A stretch of 62,267 nucleotides of DNA from Muribaculaceae bacterium (GCA_017546805.1 JAFYRT010000015.1:1-62267), one strand, 5' to 3'. Positions 28,550-39,441 are shown, counted from the first letter of the stretch. A program made the numbers and translations. Notes: generated by a model not told the origin, from the letters alone.

Positions 28550-30763
28550 ATGAAATATATAAAGCAGGCAATTTTTGTAGCAATCTCCTTATTCTCTGCG
28601 GTACTTTCGGCAAACGATAGTACTCAGGTTGATTTGGATGAAATTGTTATTGCGGCAAGTCGTTGGCACCAGAATATACACTCAGAGCCCGTAAAGGTAA
28701 CACGTCTTGGCTTTGAGGCAACAAACTCATACAACCCACAAACAGCAGCAGATATGCTAAGCCTGTCGGGTGAGATATTTGTGCAAAAGAGCCAATATGG
28801 AGGAGGTAGCCCTATGATACGAGGATTTGCCACCAATCGACTGCTTTATTCTGTGGATGGAGTCAGAATGAATACCGCAATATTTCGTTCAGGTAACATT
28901 CAAAATGTAATCTCGCTCGACCCATTTGCAATAGCTTCAACCGAGGTGTTGTTTGGACCCGGAGCTGTAAGTTATGGAAGTGATGCAATAGGTGGAGTTA
29001 TGGTTTTCTCAACTCTTTCGCCTCAGCTTTCCAAAACAGAAAAACCTCAGGTTTATGGTTCTGCAACGTTAAGAGGAGCAACGGCTTCGGGCGAATTTAC
29101 AGGGCATGCACACGTAGGAGCCGGATTTAAAAAATGGGGATTTCTTACAAGTTTTACCTACTCAAAATTCGGAGACCTTAAACAAGGAACATGCGGACCT
29201 GAAGATTATATACAAAAATATATAGTGCAACCGAACTATTTAGTGGGTAAAAGTGTTAATGACATAGTAACAGTAAATACCAACGAGAGATTGCAAACCC
29301 CATCGGGTTATGACCAATTCAATATAATGCAAAAATTTCGCTATGCACCAAATCAACGTTTGAATTTAGAGTATGCATTTCATTATAGCCAAACCTCGGA
29401 GTATGCACGTTACGATCGTCATCAGCGAATGAGAAACGGTCTTCCTCGATATGCAGAGTGGAATTATGGCCCTCAAAAGTGGATGATGAATCAGATAAAG
29501 CTTGAGAGTTCCCGCTCAAATGTGATGTGCGATTCATTGAAAGTGAACGGAGCATTTCAAATATTTGAGGAGAGTCGCATATCGCGAGAATTGAATAAAT
29601 CTCTCCGTGAGACACAAAGCGAGAGGGTAGAGGCATGGAGTGCAAATATCGATTTAAGAAAAGATATTCTCACTTCTCTGTCCATTTTTTATGGAGCAGA
29701 GTATGTTCAGAACAATGTTACGTCAATTGGCGAGGGGTTGGATGTGGTGACAAACGAAACATCTGTTGTAGCATCACGCTATCCAAAAGCCAAATGGTAT
29801 AGTATGGGAGTATATACGCAGGTTGAGTGGGAGCCAATAAAGAGATTGAATATAGCTGCAGGATTAAGATATAACCACTATCTGATATCATCAGATTACT
29901 CAACAGCAGGATACGAAGTGCCATTTGATGAAAAGCAAAAATCGAATGCAGGAAGTGTGAGCGCTAATATCGGTCTTAATTGGCGACCCAACAGAGGTTG
30001 GTTGATGAGATTGAACTATGCACGAGGTTTTCGGGCTCCAAATGTTGACGATATGGGAAAACTTTTTGATAGTGCCGATGGCTACGTAACAGTACCCAAT
30101 CCCTCGCTCAAACCCGAATATGCCGATAATATAGAACTCGGACTTGCAAAAAAGTTTGGGACGTTTTTAACCATTGATGTAACAGGTTATTATACACATT
30201 TGAACAATGCAATAGTACGTCGAAATTCCACCTTTAACGGAAGCGAAACATTGAGTTACGAAGGAGAGGATTGTCGTGTACAGATGTTACAGAATGCAGC
30301 CGTAGCAAATGTATGTGGAGTACAGGCAGGGTTAGATGCCAAGTTTGCCAAATGGTTCTACTTTAACGGAAGAATAAATTACCAGTATGGACGAGAGGAG
30401 TTGGATAATGGAGAGAAATCTCCATCGCGACATGCAGCTCCATTTTTTGGACGTATGGCATTAGGTTTTAAACATGAAAAAGTAACAGTAGAAGCATACT
30501 CCCTTTATCAAGGAGCATGCAGAGCAGAGAATATGCCCGAGGAAGAGAAACAGAAAACCGAGATTTATGCATTGGATGCAAACGGAAATGCTTATTCTCC
30601 CGCTTGGATAACAATAAATTTGCGAGCAACATACAATATATACAAAGGATTGACATTGAATACAACACTTGAAAATATAGCCGATAAACGATATCGTCCT
30701 TACAGTTGTGGAATAAGTGCTCCGGGCATAAACTTTACAGTAAGTGCAACATATAGTTTTTAG
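28550..30763 (+). CDS. TonB-dependent receptor
   Basis: LDEIVIAA TonB box, plug motifs (IRGF, VDGVR, GSDAIGGV), C-terminal YSF. Confidence 0.92.
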   Translation: MKYIKQAIFVAISLFSAVLSANDSTQVDLDEIVIAASRWHQNIHSEPVKVTRLGFEATNSYNPQTAADMLSLSGEIFVQKSQYGGGSPMIRGFATNRLLYSVDGVRMNTAIFRSGNIQNVISLDPFAIASTEVLFGPGAVSYGSDAIGGVMVFSTLSPQLSKTEKPQVYGSATLRGATASGEFTGHAHVGAGFKKWGFLTSFTYSKFGDLKQGTCGPEDYIQKYIVQPNYLVGKSVNDIVTVNTNERLQTPSGYDQFNIMQKFRYAPNQRLNLEYAFHYSQTSEYARYDRHQRMRNGLPRYAEWNYGPQKWMMNQIKLESSRSNVMCDSLKVNGAFQIFEESRISRELNKSLRETQSERVEAWSANIDLRKDILTSLSIFYGAEYVQNNVTSIGEGLDVVTNETSVVASRYPKAKWYSMGVYTQVEWEPIKRLNIAAGLRYNHYLISSDYSTAGYEVPFDEKQKSNAGSVSANIGLNWRPNRGWLMRLNYARGFRAPNVDDMGKLFDSADGYVTVPNPSLKPEYADNIELGLAKKFGTFLTIDVTGYYTHLNNAIVRRNSTFNGSETLSYEGEDCRVQMLQNAAVANVCGVQAGLDAKFAKWFYFNGRINYQYGREELDNGEKSPSRHAAPFFGRMALGFKHEKVTVEAYSLYQGACRAENMPEEEKQKTEIYALDANGNAYSPAWITINLRATYNIYKGLTLNTTLENIADKRYRPYSCGISAPGINFTVSATYSF

Positions 30764-30808
30764 AGAGTCTATTTTTAGGGAGAAAACGAAATAAACGAAA
30801 GATCTATT

Positions 30809-31996
30809 ATGAAATTATTACAACAAAAACTTGCAAAATATGATGCTCCACAAAAGGCAAAAGCATTAGGAGTATATCCCTACTTCAGAGCAATAGAGAG
30901 TGATCAAGATACAGAGGTAATCATAAACGGAAAGAAGGTCTTGATGTTTGGCTCTAACAGCTATTTGGGTTTGACAAACCATCCCAAGATAAAGGAGGCA
31001 GCCATTGAAGCAACAAAAAAATACGGAACAGGATGTGCCGGCTCACGTTTCTTAAACGGAACATTGGATATTCACACCCGATTAGAGCAACGTTTGGCAG
31101 AGTTTGTAGGCAAGGAGGAGGCAATAATCTATTCAACAGGATTTCAGGTTAACCTTGGAGTGGTTTCGTGTCTTACAGGGCGTGCCGACTATATAATCTG
31201 GGATGAGTTAGACCATGCCTCAATCATAGAGGGACGTCGATTGTCTTTCTCAACTCAACTAAAATACAAACACAACGATATGGACTCTTTGGAGAAGGTA
31301 TTAAAATCTCTCCCCGAAGACAAAGTAAAATTGATTGTAACAGACGGAGTTTTTAGTATGGAGGGTGATGTAGCAAACTTGCCCGAGATAGTACGTTTGG
31401 CAGAAAAATACAATGCAGCAACATATGTTGATGAGGCTCACGGAATAGGAGTTTTTGGACGTAACGGACGTGGAACATGCGACCATTTTGGAGTAACCAA
31501 AGATGTTGATTTGATAATGGGAACATTCTCAAAATCGTTTGCTTCGTTAGGAGGATTTATTGCAACAGATGCCGTAACTGCAAACTACTTACGACACAAC
31601 TCGCGTTCATATATCTTCAGTGCAAGTATAACTCCTGCATCAACAGCCGCCGCCAATGCCGCACTCGATATTATGTTGAGCGAGCCCGAGCGTATCGAGA
31701 ATCTTTGGACTATAACAAATTATGCTTTGGATGGATTTCGCAATATGGGATGTGAAATAGGCAATACCTCAACACCAATCATACCGCTTTATATTCGCGA
31801 TAACAACAAAACTTTTATGATTACCCGAGAGTTGTTTGAGGAGGGATTGTTTGTAAACCCGGTAGTATCTCCTGCGGTGCCAAGTCAAGATACCTTGATA
31901 CGATTCTCGCTAATGGCAACACACACTAAAGAGCAACTTGATTATGCCTTTGATAAAATAGAGAAGGTATTTAAAAAATATGAAGTGATAAAATGA
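30809..31996 (+). CDS. spt: serine palmitoyltransferase (alpha-oxoamine synthase family)
   Basis: SNSYLGL, GCAGSRFLNGT, DEAHG, GTFSKS; N-terminus typical of Bacteroides SPT. Confidence 0.85.
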   Translation: MKLLQQKLAKYDAPQKAKALGVYPYFRAIESDQDTEVIINGKKVLMFGSNSYLGLTNHPKIKEAAIEATKKYGTGCAGSRFLNGTLDIHTRLEQRLAEFVGKEEAIIYSTGFQVNLGVVSCLTGRADYIIWDELDHASIIEGRRLSFSTQLKYKHNDMDSLEKVLKSLPEDKVKLIVTDGVFSMEGDVANLPEIVRLAEKYNAATYVDEAHGIGVFGRNGRGTCDHFGVTKDVDLIMGTFSKSFASLGGFIATDAVTANYLRHNSRSYIFSASITPASTAAANAALDIMLSEPERIENLWTITNYALDGFRNMGCEIGNTSTPIIPLYIRDNNKTFMITRELFEEGLFVNPVVSPAVPSQDTLIRFSLMATHTKEQLDYAFDKIEKVFKKYEVIK

Positions 31997-32050
31997 GTTG
32001 TTAGCTTTTAGTTTTCAGTTGTTAGCAATTGAGATTGAATATAAAATAAG

Positions 32051-32087
32051 AAAAGAGTTGCATTTTGAACGAAGTGCAACTCTTTTT
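32051..32087. terminator. bidirectional terminator
   Basis: AAAAGAGTTGCA-loop-TGCAACTCTTTTT. Confidence 0.75.
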
Positions 32088-32175
32088 GTATTAGAAGCTG
32101 TTTAAATTTTATTTCGGAATTATAAAAATATTTTTCAATAAAATTTAAACAGTTTCTTATTCTAACAACTAATAT

Positions 32176-32550
32176 CTATTTCATGAAAACGAAATATACT
32201 GCCATAACAAGGCAGATGAATGCGGCAAGGTGATTCCAATGCAGAGCTTCGCCTTTGAAACATACCGAAGCAAAAATTGTAAACACCACAAGAGTAATAA
32301 CCTCTTGAATAACCTTTAACTGCATAAGAGTGAAAGGACCTCCATTACCCACGAAGCCTATTCTGTTTGCAGGAATTTGAAAAGAGTACTCTGCCAAGGC
32401 AATACCCCACGAGAATAGAATAACCACCCAAATAGGCCAACCTGTAGAGATTTTCATATCTTGCAATTTAAGGTGTCCGTACCATGCAAGAGTCATAAAT
32501 ACATTTGATATGACTAATAAAATTACTGTGTAAAACGCTGATAAATACAT
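32176..32550 (-). CDS. DMT family membrane protein (DUF486-like)
   Basis: SNVFMTLAWYGHL, QIPANRIG, QLKVIQEVITL. Confidence 0.88.
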   Translation of the reverse strand: MYLSAFYTVILLVISNVFMTLAWYGHLKLQDMKISTGWPIWVVILFSWGIALAEYSFQIPANRIGFVGNGGPFTLMQLKVIQEVITLVVFTIFASVCFKGEALHWNHLAAFICLVMAVYFVFMK

Positions 32551-32600
32551 GTGTTAAATTAGGAATTAGAAATTAGGAATTATCTTTTGTCGTAAAGGTG

Positions 32601-33344
32601 CTAACAACTCTTCTTCGGTAAATAGTCAGGCATAATGTTCTCCATACTTTTCCAAATGCTGCTTTTAACATTTGGGTTGAGTTTCTCGAGGTCTGCAATA
32701 ACCTTTTCGGCATCGCTCCTAAAGCTACTCTTTTCGTAGGGGCAACTCTTTTTCTGAATAATATACTTCTCGTTTATAGCCAACTCTTTAATATCGCGCT
32801 CCTCAATCAAAGCCAAAGGTCTTATAATGGCAACATCAAATTTGTTCATCTGCATAAGAGGAGGCATTGAAGAGAATGAGCCCTGAAAAGCCATATTCAT
32901 AATAAGAGTGGCAATAATATCATCTTTGTGATGTCCCAAAGCAATACGCTTAAACCCGTTCTTTTTTGCATACTCAAAAAGAGCTTTGCGTCTGTACCAC
33001 GAACACAAGAAACATGGCGATTTGCGTTTGTCTTTTGTTAAGTCAATAGAGATATCAATAACCTCAAACTCCACGCCGAGCTTCTCGCAGAACTCCTTTA
33101 GATATTCAGTATCCGAAGCATAGCCCATACCTTCGTTTCTGATATGCAAAGCCGTAACGCTGAATTTGGGAGCATGAATCTTAGAACGCATAGCAAGCAA
33201 TTGAGTAAGAGCCAACGAGTCTTTACCTCCCGAAAGACCAATCAGTACCTTATCTCCGTCGTTGATAAGCCCATAATCCTTGATACAAGTTCTTACCAAC
33301 TTGTCGCACTTCTTAAGTAATGAGTTGCTATCTGTTTGCATCAT
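32601..33344 (-). CDS. ttcA: tRNA 2-thiocytidine biosynthesis TtcA family protein
   Basis: SGGKDS PP-loop, CFLC, GHHKDD, IIRPL; start moved to MMQTD. Confidence 0.85.
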   Translation of the reverse strand: MMQTDSNSLLKKCDKLVRTCIKDYGLINDGDKVLIGLSGGKDSLALTQLLAMRSKIHAPKFSVTALHIRNEGMGYASDTEYLKEFCEKLGVEFEVIDISIDLTKDKRKSPCFLCSWYRRKALFEYAKKNGFKRIALGHHKDDIIATLIMNMAFQGSFSSMPPLMQMNKFDVAIIRPLALIEERDIKELAINEKYIIQKKSCPYEKSSFRSDAEKVIADLEKLNPNVKSSIWKSMENIMPDYLPKKSC

Positions 33345-33464
33345 AAAAATTTTGAGTTGCAAATTTACCACTTTCTTATAATAAGAGCCATAAAATTTGA
33401 GCATCTTTTTAAACTTTTCCTTAAATTTGTGTTCTATATAACAAAGAAGCAACAACATATATAA

Positions 33465-33923
33465 ATGGAGATAAAGACAAAAATATATTCGATGCGTCCC
33501 ATGCAGTTTGTAAACATAATACTGCATCTTCAACTTAAACGTTATCGTTACGTTGCAGTAGCTGTCGCAATATTATTGGTGGTTCTACCCATAATAAAAC
33601 TACACTACATATACGCATCAATAATAGTGCTTTTCGGAACAGTGCCATTTATAATATTTCATCTCTACTTTTCGGCGCTCACACAAATAAAAATAAGTCC
33701 GTTTGCCGATAAATATATCCTAATAGAGGATAATAAACTAACAGTAGTTCCAACAATGGGAGATGTAAAAGAGTTTGCTCGCTCCGATATTAAATACATG
33801 GGGTATAATAGTGGCTACTACATACTATCAACTCCCGACAAAGGTCTGTTAATGGTATCTGCCGAAGCCTTTAATGACGAGAGTGAGCGAAATAAATTTT
33901 TAAAAACCTACGCTACAAATTAA
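33465..33923 (+). CDS. YcxB-like membrane protein
   Basis: Two TM segments followed by a PH-like soluble tail. Confidence 0.55.
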   Translation: MEIKTKIYSMRPMQFVNIILHLQLKRYRYVAVAVAILLVVLPIIKLHYIYASIIVLFGTVPFIIFHLYFSALTQIKISPFADKYILIEDNKLTVVPTMGDVKEFARSDIKYMGYNSGYYILSTPDKGLLMVSAEAFNDESERNKFLKTYATN

Positions 33924-33959
33924 ACAATATTGTACCTTTGTATAATAAACAAAGAATCT

Positions 33960-35384
33960 ATGAAAAGAGTAACCCATATAATCGTATCCCTAATTTTATT
34001 AGCATTACCTTTTGCTCTATCTGCACAAACACTCGAGGAGGCAAAAAAGATGTATAAGCAAGGCGAATTTGCGAAACCCAAAGAGGTGTTTAAAAAACAG
34101 CTAAAGAGTCGTCCAAACGATGCACAACTCAATCAGTGGTATGGAGTGTGTCTTTACGAAACAGGCGAACGAGACAAAGCAGAACCATATCTGCAAAAAG
34201 CAGCAAAAAAGAAGATACAAGACTCATATCTATATTTGGGAAAAATTGCATTTGATGCATATAAGTTTACCGAAGCAAAAGAGTATTTTTCACAATATAC
34301 CGAAGCCCTTGAAGGAAATAAAAAAGATACAACTCCCGGTAAAAGATTGTATGACAGAGCCGAAAAATGCGAATCAATGTTGCGCCGAACAGAGAATGTT
34401 AGAATAATAGACTCATTGGTAATATCGCGCGATAGATTTTTAGACGCATATAAACTATCTCACGAATGTGGAACAATATCGTACGTTGCCGATATCTTTA
34501 AAGATGAAGAGCAGGGAGGAACATTGTACAAAAATCAGCGCAACGACAAAGTAATATATGCATCTGCATCTGATGGCAAATACTCAATAAACATGCGTAA
34601 CTGTATGAATGACGGTAATTGGAGTGAAAATATCCCTGTTGATGTAATGCCCGAAGTTGAAGGAAATATAGCATACCCATATCTCTTAAGTGATGGATTG
34701 ACAATATATTTTGCGACAGATAACGATTCTCTCTCAATAGGAGGATACGATATATTTGTAACACGTAAAAACTTAAACAGCGATGAGTATCTCTCTCCAA
34801 GAAATATGGGAATGCCATTTAACTCAACAGCCAATGACTATATGATGGTAGTGGATGAGTATCACAATATAGGATGGTTTGCCACCGATCGCAATCAACA
34901 TCCCGATAGTGTGGTAGTATATACATATATCCCTAATGAGGTAAAAGAGTTGTACTCAGGATTATCTCTCGATTTAATTATCCCATATGCACAAATTACA
35001 TCTATATCAGACACTTGGCGTAGTGGTGAGGAGGAGAGTTATAAGACATTGTTGAGCCAACTCGATGCACCTGTAGCACCCAAAGAGGATAAAGAGAAAG
35101 CCGAGTTTGAGTTTGTGGTAGCACCTGGAGTAATCTATACAAAATACTCACAATTTAAGAGCAGCAGTGCATTGGAATCGTACAAACGTTCCGAAGAACT
35201 TGAACGAGAAATAGAGAAACAGAAAGCAACACTCAAAGCATTGCGTAAAGAGTATTCCAAAGCATCGCAATCTCAACGAGAGCAACTTACTCCCTCAATC
35301 TTAAAAGCAGAGGAGTATATAAAAACACTATACCCACAACCCGAGCAATACCGCAATGCGGCGAGAGTGGAGGAGATGGAATAG
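33960..35384 (+). CDS. secreted TPR-containing protein
   Basis: Signal peptide from MKRVTH, TPR helices, GGYDIF...NMGMPFNS..ND propeller-like motifs. Confidence 0.8.
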   Translation: MKRVTHIIVSLILLALPFALSAQTLEEAKKMYKQGEFAKPKEVFKKQLKSRPNDAQLNQWYGVCLYETGERDKAEPYLQKAAKKKIQDSYLYLGKIAFDAYKFTEAKEYFSQYTEALEGNKKDTTPGKRLYDRAEKCESMLRRTENVRIIDSLVISRDRFLDAYKLSHECGTISYVADIFKDEEQGGTLYKNQRNDKVIYASASDGKYSINMRNCMNDGNWSENIPVDVMPEVEGNIAYPYLLSDGLTIYFATDNDSLSIGGYDIFVTRKNLNSDEYLSPRNMGMPFNSTANDYMMVVDEYHNIGWFATDRNQHPDSVVVYTYIPNEVKELYSGLSLDLIIPYAQITSISDTWRSGEEESYKTLLSQLDAPVAPKEDKEKAEFEFVVAPGVIYTKYSQFKSSSALESYKRSEELEREIEKQKATLKALRKEYSKASQSQREQLTPSILKAEEYIKTLYPQPEQYRNAARVEEME

Positions 35385-35855
35385 TTGTTAGTTGACGAGT
35401 TCGGTTTTGTCAGCTATCAGATTAATCGTATTTTTACTAAACTTATTAAAACTAATAGCCTCAAAACCGATATTGATTCAGATGAAGAGTGGACGAATTT
35501 ATTAGAAGAGTCATACATTGTTAAATGTTATATTTTAAAGTTATGCTCTAATAATAAGTCTATAGGGTTTATTTATACAAAGAGAGAGGATTTCAATGGA
35601 AAAATATTTTCTGTTCACGGAGGTGGTTGGGAAAAACCTCTAATGTGTTATCGTGGATATATATTAATGTTGACGTATCTTCTTAGTAATGGACTCAAAG
35701 TAAGAACCTATTGTCAGTTATCAAATCCTACTGCAATACGTTTTTCAAGAAGTGTAGGTTTTGTACCATATCGCTATACACAAGATGAAGTGTTTATGTG
35801 GATATCATATAAAAGACTCAAAAGCAGTAAGATTTATAAGTATTTTTATAAATAA
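35385..35855 (+). CDS. hypothetical protein, GNAT-like; 5' end uncertain
   Basis: IGFIY, VHGGGW, N..AIRF...VGF pattern; TTG start abutting the upstream stop. Confidence 0.45.
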   Translation: MLVDEFGFVSYQINRIFTKLIKTNSLKTDIDSDEEWTNLLEESYIVKCYILKLCSNNKSIGFIYTKREDFNGKIFSVHGGGWEKPLMCYRGYILMLTYLLSNGLKVRTYCQLSNPTAIRFSRSVGFVPYRYTQDEVFMWISYKRLKSSKIYKYFYK

Positions 35856-35999
35856 ACATTGTTTAAAAGACTTTATGTAATGATATAATAATGGCATATG
35901 TTTGAAACTAAAGTTTCTTCATACGCCATCGTTATTTATTTGTAGAGGATATCCCAATTGATGTGAAACAATAACCAAATTCCTCGTTATAACTAACAA

Positions 36000-37031
36000 C
36001 TACAATAGTTGTATATTATGTTTCAAGCACTCTGCAATTTGTTCTTCGGGCCAAATACTTGCTTGAACCTCTCCAATGTGAGCCTTTTGCAAAAGGTACA
36101 TACACAAACGAGATTGACCGATACCTCCACCAATTGAAAGAGGAAGCTCGTCGTTCAACAACATTTTGTGGAAGCTCAATTCTGCACGCTCTGGGCAACC
36201 CTTAATCTCCAATTGGCTCTTAAGAGCAACTTTGTCAACCCTGATACCCATTGACGATAACTCAAAAGGAATATCCAAAATTGGATTCCATAGCATAATG
36301 TCTCCGTTCAAACCTCTGTAACCGTCGCTATTCATGGTTACCCAATCGTCGTAGTCGGGGGCGCGACCATCGTGAGGCTCGCCGTTCGATAGGTTTGAAC
36401 CGATACCAATTATAAACACTGCACCATATTTCTTTGTGATTTTCGCCTCTCGCTCTTTTGGAGTGCAGTCGGGGTATAGTTGCAATAACTCTTCAGAGTT
36501 TATAAATGTAATGTTCTCGGGCAAAAATGGAGTAATGTGAGGGAAGCTCTCATAAACCTCCATCTCCAACTCTTTAATAATTGCATAAAGCTTATTTACA
36601 ACCTCTTTTAGGTATTCAAGGTTGCGTTCTTTCTCAGTAATAACTTGTTCCCAATCCCATTGGTCAACATACAATGAGTGTAGGTTATCTAAATCCTCGT
36701 CACAGCGGATAGCGTTCATATCGGTGTAGATACCATAACCGGGAGATATTCCGTAAGCTCCCAATTTCATACGTTTCCATTTAGCAAGAGAGTGAACCAC
36801 CTCTGCTCGTTTACCCATACATTTGATGTTAAACGATACGGGAGCCTCTTTGCCACTCAAATCGTCATTTACTCCTGTTCCCGATAATACAAACAATGGG
36901 GCTGTAACACGACGAAGGTTAAGCTTCTTTTTAAGTTTATCTTGAAACGAAACTTTTAATGTTTTAATAGCCTCCTCGGTAGTTTCGGGAAGCAATTTAA
37001 GTTTATAGTTTCTTGGTATTATTAGTGCCAT
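36000..37031 (-). CDS. asnA: aspartate--ammonia ligase
   Basis: EVVHSLAKWKR, YVDQWDWE, RAPDYDDW, IGGGIGQSR. Confidence 0.97.
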   Translation of the reverse strand: MALIIPRNYKLKLLPETTEEAIKTLKVSFQDKLKKKLNLRRVTAPLFVLSGTGVNDDLSGKEAPVSFNIKCMGKRAEVVHSLAKWKRMKLGAYGISPGYGIYTDMNAIRCDEDLDNLHSLYVDQWDWEQVITEKERNLEYLKEVVNKLYAIIKELEMEVYESFPHITPFLPENITFINSEELLQLYPDCTPKEREAKITKKYGAVFIIGIGSNLSNGEPHDGRAPDYDDWVTMNSDGYRGLNGDIMLWNPILDIPFELSSMGIRVDKVALKSQLEIKGCPERAELSFHKMLLNDELPLSIGGGIGQSRLCMYLLQKAHIGEVQASIWPEEQIAECLKHNIQLL

Positions 37032-37120
37032 AATAGGTTCAAAACTGTTTTTTCTTGTACAAATATTCTGCGAATATACGAAAAATAGCGTTGTTCTTCA
37101 ATAAGTTTTGCTATAAAAAT

Positions 37121-38278
37121 TTACAAATCTCTATTATCGGGGTATAATAAATATCGATTTCTTAACTTTTTGTATCTATCAAGTTCTTCTTTCCATCGGG
37201 CTTTAATCTCTTGTTCGGTTTTTCCGTTGATAATATCCGAACGTAGTTGTCCGTCTCCCGAGAGTTTTTCAAAAAAGTTGTTGCTATTAAAGAATTTCTC
37301 TTTGTTCGATGAGTTTTTATACATCTCAATCAAATATTTTAGCGAGAAACCTTGTGGCTCTTTCTCCTCCCTTAAATCAATGCCGTAGCAAGTTTGCCCT
37401 TTGTGAAGCGGATTTTTATCAAACCCTTCAAGAGGGGTAGGGGTAAAAGAGAACTTTCCTAAACATTTATCAGGAGCGCCAATCATCTGGAATGGGTAGT
37501 ATGTGCCACGTCCCACGCTAATGGTTGTTCCTTCAAACAAACAAAGCGAGGGGTATAGAGCAATGCTTTTTGCGTTAGGCAGATTTGGCGATGGCTTAAT
37601 TTTAAGTTCATACTTCTCTCCGTGCCTCCAGCCATCAACTGCAATTACTTTTAAATTCAAACTCTTTGTGTTACCCCAATTCTCGCCCTTAATCATAGAG
37701 GCAAGTTCTCCAACCGTCAGTCCGTGCATAATAGGCAAGGGTAGAGTCCCTACAAACGATTTCAAATTCATATCCATCATTGCACCATCAACAAAGTCGT
37801 TTGGGTTTGGGCGGTCAAGAACTAAAAACTCTTTGCCAAACTCAGTAGCCGATTGCATGGCATAATACATGGTTGAGATATATGTATAAAACCTTGCTCC
37901 CACATCTTGAATGTCAAACACAATCAAATCGATATCCGACAGTTGTTCAGCATTAGGCTTTTTGTTTTTTCCGTAGAGCGAAATAATCTTAACTCCGCTT
38001 TTTGAATCTACTCCGTCCTTAACACTCTCTCCTGCATCGGCATTACCTCTAAACCCATGTTCAGGGGCAAATATGGTCTCTATTTTAACTCCTCTTGCAA
38101 TAAGAGTGTCAACAATATGAGTGCCGTTTTCTGTTACCGATGTTTGGTTTACAATAAGAGCAACTCTTTTGTCTGTTGTGATATTTAAAATCTCCTCAAT
38201 TTTGTCGGCTCCGCATTTTACCTGGGCATTTACATAAACAAAAGAGAATAGTAATATAAATGTTATAAATCTTTTCAT
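37121..38278 (-). CDS. DUF1343 / NamZ-like exo-beta-N-acetylmuramidase
   Basis: FAPEHGFRG, FDIQDVGARFYTY, LDRPNP, PSPNLP, SVGRGT. Confidence 0.9.
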   Translation of the reverse strand: MKRFITFILLFSFVYVNAQVKCGADKIEEILNITTDKRVALIVNQTSVTENGTHIVDTLIARGVKIETIFAPEHGFRGNADAGESVKDGVDSKSGVKIISLYGKNKKPNAEQLSDIDLIVFDIQDVGARFYTYISTMYYAMQSATEFGKEFLVLDRPNPNDFVDGAMMDMNLKSFVGTLPLPIMHGLTVGELASMIKGENWGNTKSLNLKVIAVDGWRHGEKYELKIKPSPNLPNAKSIALYPSLCLFEGTTISVGRGTYYPFQMIGAPDKCLGKFSFTPTPLEGFDKNPLHKGQTCYGIDLREEKEPQGFSLKYLIEMYKNSSNKEKFFNSNNFFEKLSGDGQLRSDIINGKTEQEIKARWKEELDRYKKLRNRYLLYPDNRDL

Positions 38279-38369
38279 GTTTTGGGTAGCTATCTATTAC
38301 AAAAGTAAACAATCCTTTGTCTGAAACAAAAAAAATAACTAAAATTGCAAATGTAAACTCTATAAAAAT

Positions 38370-38816
38370 ATGAAACACTATACAAAAAGTATAATAATCG
38401 CATTTTTTGCGCTGTTGTCATATGGCGTAGCCTATGCTCAAGAGGCTGTTAATGATACAGTAATATTTTCGCGTACTTGTAAATTTGAGGAGTCTATCGA
38501 TGTTATAGGATTTGAAAAGCGATTGAAGGATAAAGACGAATTATATATTGTTCGTAATAATACTCAACATACAATAACTCTTATAAAATTGAGAGTCTTT
38601 TACAAGACAACAACAGATGAAATGTTGGATTATAGAGAAGTAACTCTTCGTGGCGAGTTTTTGCCTCAAACAACAAAACAATTTGAGGTTGAAAGTTTTG
38701 ATAAAGGCAAACGCTACTATTACATTGAATCGCCCGATCAGAATCCCAAGTTAGAGGGTTATCCCTTTAAGATAACCTACGAACTTCTCCGCTACGATGT
38801 TGCAGTTACTAAATAA
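38370..38816 (+). CDS. hypothetical secreted protein
   Basis: Signal peptide ending AYA. Confidence 0.7.
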   Translation: MKHYTKSIIIAFFALLSYGVAYAQEAVNDTVIFSRTCKFEESIDVIGFEKRLKDKDELYIVRNNTQHTITLIKLRVFYKTTTDEMLDYREVTLRGEFLPQTTKQFEVESFDKGKRYYYIESPDQNPKLEGYPFKITYELLRYDVAVTK

Positions 38817-38824
38817 TTAGGAAA

Positions 38825-38885
38825 TCTGCTCCCGCTCGGCATTGCTCAAATAAATTTGGCAATGCTCTCGCTTAATCGCAAAATT
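38825..38885 (+). repeat. intergenic hairpin repeat family A
   Basis: GCTCCCGCTCGGCATTGCTCAAATAAATTTGGCAATGCTCTCGCTTAATCGCA. Confidence 0.7.
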
Positions 38886-39012
38886 GTGACTAAGTTACGC
38901 ACTAATTCCTAATTCAATAAAACATTCGCTCCATAAAATGTGTTATAGAGAGGGATAACCAAATGGTTATTTCTCTTTTTTTAGTTTAATGTTTTAATTG
39001 GAGGACAAATTT

Positions 39013-39441
39013 ATGATGCCTGTAAAAAAGGGGCAGAACTGGCTGCCTATGATTTTTCACGATTTTTTTGGTAACGAGTGGATTGAACGAGCAAAAAGTG
39101 CTTCAACTCCTGCGGTAAATATCATTGAGAATGATAAGGAGTATGAGGTTCAAATTGCAGCACCCGGAGTTAGCAAAGAGGATATTTCGGTAAATATCAA
39201 CGAAGATAACTACCTCGAAATAACCGTAGAGGAGAAGAAGGAGAATGACGAAAAAGACAAAAAAGGAAAATATCTTCGTCGCGAGTTTTCATACTCTCAA
39301 TTTCGTCAAACCCTCGCATTACCCGATAATGTCGAAGCCGATAAAATTGAGGCAACTCAGCACAACGGTATATTAAAGGTTGTAATCCCCAAAAAGGCTT
39401 TGCCTGCACCTAAAGAGCCTAAAAAGATAGCAATAAAATAG
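39013..39441 (+). CDS. small heat shock protein Hsp20
   Basis: PAVNIIE, AAPG, RREFSYSQF, NGILKV.IPK; start moved to MMPV. Confidence 0.93.
   Translation: MMPVKKGQNWLPMIFHDFFGNEWIERAKSASTPAVNIIENDKEYEVQIAAPGVSKEDISVNINEDNYLEITVEEKKENDEKDKKGKYLRREFSYSQFRQTLALPDNVEADKIEATQHNGILKVVIPKKALPAPKEPKKIAIK

Noticed and set aside
33345-33533. Long N-terminal extension of TtcA in the ORF track
   Set aside because: Low-complexity sequence overlapping the divergent gene; the real start is likely 33344
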